This document shows positions 18,401 through 27,400 of a stretch of 64,000 nt of DNA, piece after piece. Under the pieces are notes generated by a model. That model was not told the origin of the DNA. It saw only the letters and a program-made list of their open reading frames with translations, and ran no database searches. Origin of the DNA: a virus; IMG/VR virus record IMGVR_UViG_3300045988_076436; one strand, written 5' to 3'. Every line of letters begins with the position of its first letter. Within the stretch, counting starts at the first letter, position 1. Position numbers and translations under genes: made by a program.

Positions 18401-21400
18401 TAGGATAGTCCACATCGTTGCGCAGCCATGCCAACTGGTTGTTCTTGGTGAAGTGGCCGTAGGTGTTCACAAAGTTGTCGTATGCCTTGTTGAGTTTGTC
18501 TATCAGCGGCCTAAGTCCTGCATCGCCCTCGTTCTCGGTCTGATACTTCATCACATCGGTCAAGGCGGTCTTGATGGCTGAATAGGCGGTGAAACACTCC
18601 TGCTTGGTGTGTCCCTTTATCTTCTTGTCGTTCACATCAAGCGGATAGTAGCCGCCAAAGCCAGCGGTTACGAGTTTGCCGTCTTTCAGATACATCTCGC
18701 CCAATCGCTTGCCGTCTGCCGAGGCATCATTTACATAAGATGTCTTGTGGCTGTCTGTGGTCTCCACACTGCCGCGTTCTTCTTCCTTGAACGACTGCAC
18801 GAAGTCCGTCAGCATCTTGCCTTGGTCTTTACCGCTTACCGGGTAGAGTCCCTTGCTCGTTGGTCTGAACGTGTCGCCCTCCTCAAAGGCAAAGCGCATT
18901 TCTCCTGCCATGTGGTCGGGGTACTCGATGAAATACTTGTTGTAGTCCATTGAGAGCGGCTTGGCCCTGCGTGCGCCTGGCTCTTGGTATTCTGCTGTGC
19001 GCTCTCCGCTGATGGTGCTTACGTCTATGGCGTTGGCAGACTTCTGACCGTTTACGCGCTTGCGGATAACGATGATGTCCGAGGTTACGGTAGTGCCGCC
19101 AAAGGTCTTGTTGTTCATGCGGAATGCTCCGATAAAGTCCGAACCTCCCTCGTTCACCACCCAGTCACGCAGTGCCTTGCTGTTGTCGAGTGTGCCGTTT
19201 GAGGATATGAAGATACCTAAACCGCCCTCGCGCAACTTGCGCACGTTCTTGGCAATGCAGAAGTCATGGATATTGTGGAACTTCTTTGAGAGGTCGCTGT
19301 CGCCTGTGGTATCGTTCACGCGCAACCCGGTAACGAATGGCACATTGGTGATGGCCAAGTCCACACTGCCGTTGGGTATGCGTGTCTGCTCAAAGCCTTG
19401 TATATCCACCTTGGCATCGGGATAGAGCAATGAGAGAATGCCGCCCGATGTGCCGTCTATCTCGATGGCGTGAATGTCGCTGCGCTCGCTCATGTCGGTA
19501 GGCATCTGGCCGAGGATATTGCCGATACCTGCCGAACCCTCCAAAATGTTGCCGCCCTTGAAACCGAGTTTTCCTGCAATGTCCCAAAGGGTATCGACAA
19601 CATAGGCAGGGGTGTAGTATGCGCTGTTGGCACTCATCACGGCTTGCTCGTAGGCTTCCTCACCAAGCAACTCGCGTATTTTCTTGTTGCGCTCACGCTG
19701 TTTCCAGTCGTAGCCTCCGTCACTGAAAGCGGCTCCAAGTCCGCCCCAACCGCTGAATTGTCTGAGCACACTCATCTGCTCGGAAGTGGCTGTCTCACCG
19801 CTCTCAAGTAATTCGTGTGCCAACTCAATGGCCTTGATATTGGCTTCTATGCGTCCACCTACTGATGTAGGGGCATGGTCTGCACCGCGTTCCGAATGGT
19901 TGTTGCGCGTGTTCTTAGGCTCTGTCAGTCCATGAAGTCCAGCGGACTCAGCCCGATTTGTGCCAGTGCCTTGTCCTCCTCGGCCGCCGTCAGGTCTTCC
20001 ACTTTCTTGTGCAGCAGCTTTGCGAGTCGCTCTTTCGCCTCTTCGTAGTCCTTGCTGTTGTCCACTATTGTCGGCTTGCACCCCTTGGGAGCGTACCGCA
20101 TCATCATTTCGTTGTAATCCATTTTCTTCTGTTTCATCGAACAGCCCGGCAAACAAGTTGCCCACCGTCTGCTCTGGTTTCACTTTCTTCTTCGATGTCT
20201 TTTTCTTCGTTGCTGGTTTTGGCTGCTCTGCCGATGCTGGAGTAGTGGTAGGCTCTGTTGTAGCCTTGGCTGCATTTTTCTCTCGCGCTTCCTTGGCAAT
20301 GCGCTCCGCCTTTTGGAAGATGTCCTCATTCTGCGGCTCTGCTTGCGTCTTGTGTCGCAACTGGTCGGGGTGAGCATTTACCCACATGACAGGTGCTTGG
20401 CCTGTGTCTATGCGTATGCCGTCCAACTCGTTAGGCTGTGCCACTACCGCATCATGCCATGTATTGCCATCTGAAGAATACTGCACCTTGTCGCCAACTT
20501 TGTATTCACCCTTTTTGACATCGCCACGCTCGGGGATATACTTGTATGTGGCACGCTGCACATTCTTCAGCAAGTCGTCATAGGTAACATCTTCTGCAAA
20601 CCACATGTTTTGTCCGTAGCGGTCATTACCGCTTGCGTTCGGGTTCTCCACACGGCACATGATACCTGTCACTTCAAGATTATCACCTCTTCTGTCTGTA
20701 TCGCCCTTATCGAAAGCTGGTTCAAGTTGGATATTCACATACAACTCCCTGCCCTCGGCCAACGGCAAGTGTATGGTTACATCGCCTCCTGCCGGGGCAA
20801 TGTTCGCTACTGCCAACGGCTTTGCCTTGCGGTTGCCTTTCTTGTCGGTCTTGTCGGAATGGGTAGCCTCGTACAGGTCAAGTCCGAGGTCGTCCACCAA
20901 CTGCCCGGCAAGTCTGGCGGCATCGTTCACTGCTTTCTTCTCGGCATTGCGCATATAACCGTATGCCTCGTTGAAGTCTTTCTCCACATGGTCGGCCTCA
21001 TAGTAGCCAAGCAGGGCAAGCTGTTCGTTCACCTCTTCGAGGCTGTCATCTACTCTCTCTGCGGCTGCGCTGAGTTCGTGTCTGTCGCTTGAAGTTCCTG
21101 CGAGAGTTTCTGCTTCGCTTGCAGTAGCCTCTGCTTTTTCTGCAACAGCAGCTGTATCTGCTTCTGTTTGCTTGTCATTTTCTTTTCGTTGCTCATTTCT
21201 TATTGCTTTGAGTTCGTTATTTGCTTTGTCGGCTGCGGTCTGTGCCTTGCCCTCCTCAACAATCATGTCGGCTTGGGCAAGCACATCGTGTTGCGGTTTG
21301 TCGAAGTTCTCCACATCAAAGGCTTTCACCTCCTCGTATGTGGTAAGGGCATATTTATCGTAACCGGGAACATACTCCAATCCACCATAGAAAGCCTTTA

Positions 21401-24400
21401 ACCACGGACGCACCTTGTCGCCAAGTGCCTTTACCATCATGGAGGCATAGTCACCGAATGACTCGTTGCCACGCTCCACCATTGCCATAGCCAGACGCTG
21501 ACCAACGGACATGAGTTTCTGACGCTGCTCTGCGGTCAGTTCTTCGGGATCACGGAACTTCAGCCCTGCATCGCCCTCGTCTGCACCAATGCCGAGAATA
21601 TCACGGATGTCATTCATCAATCCGTTCATTTCCTCGTCACTCACCTCATACTTAGGCTTTTCTGCCTCCTTGGTCGGCTGTTTGGGTTCTTCCTTGGTTG
21701 GCTCTGTCGGCTTTTGTTCTGTCACATCGGCCACCTCAACCTTGTTGGCAGGTTTCTTAGCTATGGTTTTCTTCCGTGTTGCAGGCTTCTTCGGCTCTAC
21801 GGCATCGCGCAACTCTTGTGCGGTCAGTGGCTGTGCGTCTGCCACGGCATCGGCATTGCCCACCATGTCTGCTGCTTTCTTCGCGTCCTCCTCACTGCGG
21901 AACATCCAGCCTCCGCTCTTGCGGTCTTTCCAACCGCGTGCAGGAGAAAAGCGTCCCTCGCCAAGTCTCTCCTTGGCAAATTCACTTACGGCACGCTCTT
22001 GGTCGGCTGTCAGTGCGCCATCAAACGTAAGCAGGGATACATCGCTCGCCTTACCTTTCTTATTAGTATAGGTGGTAGGAGTGATGGTATAAGCTGCATT
22101 GTCTGCATTTCCCGTTGTCGGTGCTGCCGTATCTTCCTTTGCAGGAGAACTTGCCACGGTCTCTTTCTTCACCCCGGCATACTCCGCAAACGGCTTGGTC
22201 TTGCGGTGGCTGCTGTCTATCCACTTCTCGAAATCTTCGAGGTTCGTTGTGGACACGATAATCCTGCGCCCATCTTCCCAACCTTTCTCATAGTTGGCCA
22301 GATAGTCGCTCTTCGCCTCGTCCATGTCGTTAAAGCCAAGCATCACCTTGTGCTCGTCAAACGTGCCATCGGGATTGTACTGGTCCACCACATACACCTT
22401 GCGCCCGTTCCAACCGTCAATATCATTGGAGAGGAACACATCTATGTGGTCTCCGTCCACGCCCACTGCACCACGAATGTAGCCGTAAGTGTTGTTCATC
22501 TTGCTTTCCCATTGTTTGCCGTTGGCATCCGTGCCTTTGCGCACACTGCCCTCTGGCTGCTCAATGGTAATGTCGAACGTGCCGACCTGCACATGACCTT
22601 TCTTGTAGTTGCCGGCCTCTTTCTGTGCCTCGGTGGGTTCGGTGTTCACATCGGCTGATGCGGTCTTTATCTTGGCTGACAACGGCTGCTCCGCTCCGTC
22701 AAGGTGTTTGACAACCTCTTGGAGGTCGCCAAACTGCTTGCCGTCCACCTCATAGTAAGTACCGGGATAGTTCTTGCTCTCGTCTGGAGCGTCCACTTTG
22801 ATTACTTCCTTGCCGTCAATGAGGAGTTTCTGCTTGTAGATGTCGCCATTTGCGCTTGGCTCTGTCCACTCCTCATCGGTTTCGGTAATGCGCTTGCGCA
22901 ATGCCTCTTCCTCTGCCTCGGCAAGTGTGTCAGTATTTGGTTCTTCTGCCTGTGGAGTATTATCCTGCTTGGCAGGTTCGGTCTCGGCTACTGCTGGCTG
23001 TTGAGGCTCTGCACTGCGTTGTACAGCATCCGCAGTTTGTTCAGTTGCCTCGTTTCCTCCACGCTGTTCTGCCTCGGCTTCTGCGGTGCGCTTGCGTTCT
23101 GCAATGGCTGCATCGACGAGGGCTTGTTGTTCTCTTGGTGTTGCATTTCTGAATAATTCATTTACGTCATTAAGTATTTGTTCCTTGGAACGTACATCGC
23201 CAGTAAACATATCCAACTGACCACCAGCTGGAGCTACTGCGGCACTATTATAGGTAGAGAGTACTTTGCGCAGGTCACTTGGCTTACCGCTGTTCAGTAT
23301 GTCGGCAAGCATCAATACCGTGCCGTCCGTCACTCGGCTGTCTCCGTATTCATCATCAAACAGACCTTGCTCCCTGCCGAATGGCGACACAGGCATTCCG
23401 TCCTTGAAGATGTCGGGGTGTGCGCTCTTGGCTCTTGCCACGAGGTCAACGGCTGCACCCAACTCATTGCTTAGGTCGTAGCCACTTTTGGCGAGTGTGC
23501 GGTTATGGGCTATCTCGTTCAAGCCCATAATGACCGACTGGCGCAATGTGGGTGTACTGATGATATGGCGCACGGCATCGGGCGAAGTCTGAAAGACCTT
23601 GCCTATAAGCGTGTTCTCGATAAGTTCCTTTCCTGCTGCCGACAACGAATTGCCTGTGCGCATTTCGGGCAGCTGCATCTCGTTGATGACTCCTGCACCG
23701 AGCAACTGACTGATAGCCGAAGATACTGCCTTGTCGTCTGCGTAGTAGTCTGAAAGGCGGTCAAAGCGGCTTATGTCATTGGTGATGCTCGTGAAAACAT
23801 TGTCGGGGACAATCTTGCCGAGTTTCACCGCGTGCTCTGGCTTGCTCTGTTTCTTCTGCTGTTCAGCGTTGAAACGTGCGAATGTGGTTGCATCGTAGGG
23901 CAGTTGCTCGTCCGGGACAAACACCACACGCGGATGTTTCATACCGTCTATCTGCTCGGGAGTGAAACCGTACATCTGTCCGAACTCGCGCAGATGGTCG
24001 ATATACGCCTTGTCTGTTCCCTGCTGAGCTGCAATGTCGCCCGACATGGTGCGGTTGTTGCCCGAAAGCACTACACCGTCCTTGCTCACGATGACAGGCG
24101 ACTGCAAGGCGCGGCTGTCGTAATTGTTGGCAATGTCCCTCACTATCCGCTGTGCGTCCGTGTCGCGCTTGTAGTCGCGGTCGTTCACGCTCTCTCCGTT
24201 CTCGTCAATGGGGAAACCCTCGGTCGGTTCAAAGGCGTTGTTGATGTCGTGGCTTGCTGACGCGGCTCCTGCCTCGGTGAGGACGTAATGCCCACGAATG
24301 GTAGAACCGTCCGCAAGGGTGAGTGCGTTGGGATTGCCCTCCACCTTGGCGGCACCGTTCCACTTGGCCTTTATCTTCGGGTTCACGGCATGAGTGCCTA

Positions 24401-27400
24401 CCTCGGCTTGCTCGGCAGCTTTCTGTGCCGCAATGCGTTTCTGCTCCCCGACCTGCGCCACGGCTGCATCGTGCATCTGCTTGTCGCGCTCACGTTGCTC
24501 TGCCTCACGCTGTTCACGAATTGCACGCTTACGCTCGTTCATAAGGGCGTAAATCCTCGACCATGCGCCCAGTGTCTCCTCTGCCTCCGCCACTTGTGCG
24601 TTGTACTGCTCCATGGCGGCATTGTAGTTGGCATCGGCCTCCTGCTGTGCCTTGACCATCGCCATAGGCGAACCTTTGAGGGACGGTGCTTTCTTGGTCG
24701 GCTGTTTCTTCTTCAGCGCATCGAGTGTCTTTTGCGCTTGCTCCACCTGCGCATTGACAATGGCGGTGGTGTTGGCCTCGTTGCCGCCTGTAACCTCGTT
24801 GAGCGCGTCAAGGGCAGTCTCCTTGTCGGCCTTCTCAAACATGGGTTCGCCAGTCTCCTCATTAAGAGGAACACGCTCCAGTGCAGTCGGCTGGCGGTTG
24901 GCCTCTTTCCACTGCACGCCTTGCGCTTCAAGTTGGTGCTGGGCAAGCTCATTTCCTCCACGCGCCATCTGTACAAGTTCTTCAGTTGTCGGAGAGGCAG
25001 GAGCAACAACATCATTGTCTTGCGGTGCGGAATTATCTGAAGCCTCCTCGGTCGCATCCGCATCTTCGGCATATTCTCTCGTCCATACCGGATTACCATC
25101 CGCATCATTAATGCTCTCGACCATATTCTCAAACTCCTCGACAGGGATAATCTGCACACGCTTTCCGTTTAACGGCTCGTCTGTGCGTATCTCTACACCG
25201 TCATCGCTGATATTCTGCACCTCGCCATGAACGTTTGCACCATCACCGTCAAGGAGTGTAAAGGTGTCATTCACGCCATATTGTACACCCTCGAGCGTTT
25301 TTTGTACACTTTCGCCATCATTCTGTACATTTTCATCCGATTTTGGTACGCTTTCACCATTTTCCATACCACCAAGCACGGCCTCATGCTCAGCTTGAAT
25401 GTTGGCATAAGCCTCGTCAAGTTCGGCTTGTGGGTCAATGGCATCACCGAGATTGAAGATTTGGTCGGGACTGGTAAACTTGTATTCGCCTGTCTCGGCA
25501 TCGCATATCACAATGCTTTGGTCGGAGTTCTGTGTGTCTATGCCTGTACCATCGGGAAGTACTGCGACATTACCTTTTACAATGTACACAGGCTTGTCGT
25601 CCACCTTCATGGTAGCTGGTTGCACCATGCCGTTGTCCTTGTGGGTGTGTCGCTCCACATTGGCGGCTACCTCCCTGCGCTTATTCTCCATCGCATCGTT
25701 GGACGCATCCTGCACACCGTCCATCGCTGCCTTGGCATTGATGTAGTAGAGTACCGCATTCTGCTGGTCTTCCGTCAGTTCGGGGTCGTTGGCCAATGCC
25801 CACGGATTATCCTGTATCTCGGCCATGCGCATTTCTGCGTCCGTGCCGAAAGCGTCCTCACATTCCTGCAAGGCTTCTTTCATGCGAATGGATATGGCAT
25901 CAATATCGGCTTTCGCGTCCGCGTCTCCTTGCTCCATTTTGTCCCACAACAGGCGAGACTGGTCGTAAACGGCTGAGGCTCCTGCCTCCTCGTCCGACAT
26001 GGGTTGCTCGGCTTCCTTGCTTTGCTCCGGGAACAACCGCTCTATGTAGTCCTGCACAGCAGCCTTTTCAGGGTCAGTACGCTTGCTCGGCTCTTTTTTG
26101 ATGGCCGCGTCCACATCTACGCCTGTCTCTTCCTTGATGGCTGCACGGATAGCCTCTGGACGTTCTGCGTCTGCCATGCCTCTGTTCTCTTCCATGAACT
26201 TGTCAATGGCATCGACCATCTGCCCATAGTTGGCGATTGCGTCCTTGTCGCCCTCCTTTGCAGCTTGGTAGTTGCGCTTGACGGTTTCGGGGTCAGCACC
26301 GGGGGCAACGGCTTCAACAGCTGCGTCCCACACCTTGTTGTCGGCTTTAGCCTCGGTGTAACGCTCACCTACATCAACGCTGTTGAGTTCGGCCTGTCGC
26401 ATGATTTTGTCCTGCTCCCTCTTGGCTGATGCCTCGTCTGCAAAGCGTCTGTTCGTTACGACCTCGCCATTGGCTGTAACGGACTTCACGAAGATATTGC
26501 CGTGTTCGTCCTTTTCGGTGGTGTACCCGGTAACAGTACCCATCGGCAACTGATGCCCGGTGAGGATATAATATGCCTTGGCTCTTGCGCTCTGGCTCAC
26601 ATTCGGGTCTTGCATGAGGCGTTCCATAGTCTCGTAACCGTCAAACTCGGGGTGTGTCTTGAGCCACTGCTTGCCCAAATCCTCAACCTCGGCTTCGGGA
26701 ATGTCAAAGTTCATTACCTTTCCGTCCGTGGTTGTCGGCTGTTTTGCCTTGGCTTTGGGCTGCTGTTTTGGTGTACGCGTGAAGAGTGCCGCAAGGTCGC
26801 CATAGCCGTACTTCTGCAACTCCTCGCGCTCTTCCTTGGTGAATACCATGTCGCGCGGACTTGCGTCCAACTGCTTACGCAACAATTCACCAAAACTCAT
26901 GCGGTTGTGATTGCGCTCCTGCATGGTCTTGGGGTTCTCGATAGGGCGCAACCCTGCAATAACCCTCGGAGCGGACTTCACCATGTGCTGACCCTTGAAA
27001 CCGAGCATCATCGCCATGTTGTCCGTCCACACGTCCCATGCACTGCGCTTATTGGGATTGCCATCTTCCAACTTGGAATTTTCAATCCATTCGGGAGTAG
27101 AGAAGATTGTCCCCTCGGCAACGGTTGATGTCGCAAGTTCTCCAAAACGGATACCTCCCTTACCATACACGTTTGATGTACTTTTTACCCATTTGTCGGC
27201 AACATTGCCCAACAATGGGGAGATAGTGCCAGTTACAGAGCCAAGGATAGTGCCTCGTCCTGTCGATTTCAAGATGTCCTCTGCCGAATATCCCTCATTC
27301 TCGCCTGTCTGCGGATTGATGTGTCCGCCATGCAGCCACTGGCTCTCGCCCTCCTTGATGCCCTCGTATGTGCCGAAGTTCAAGCCTCCACCAACCGAGC

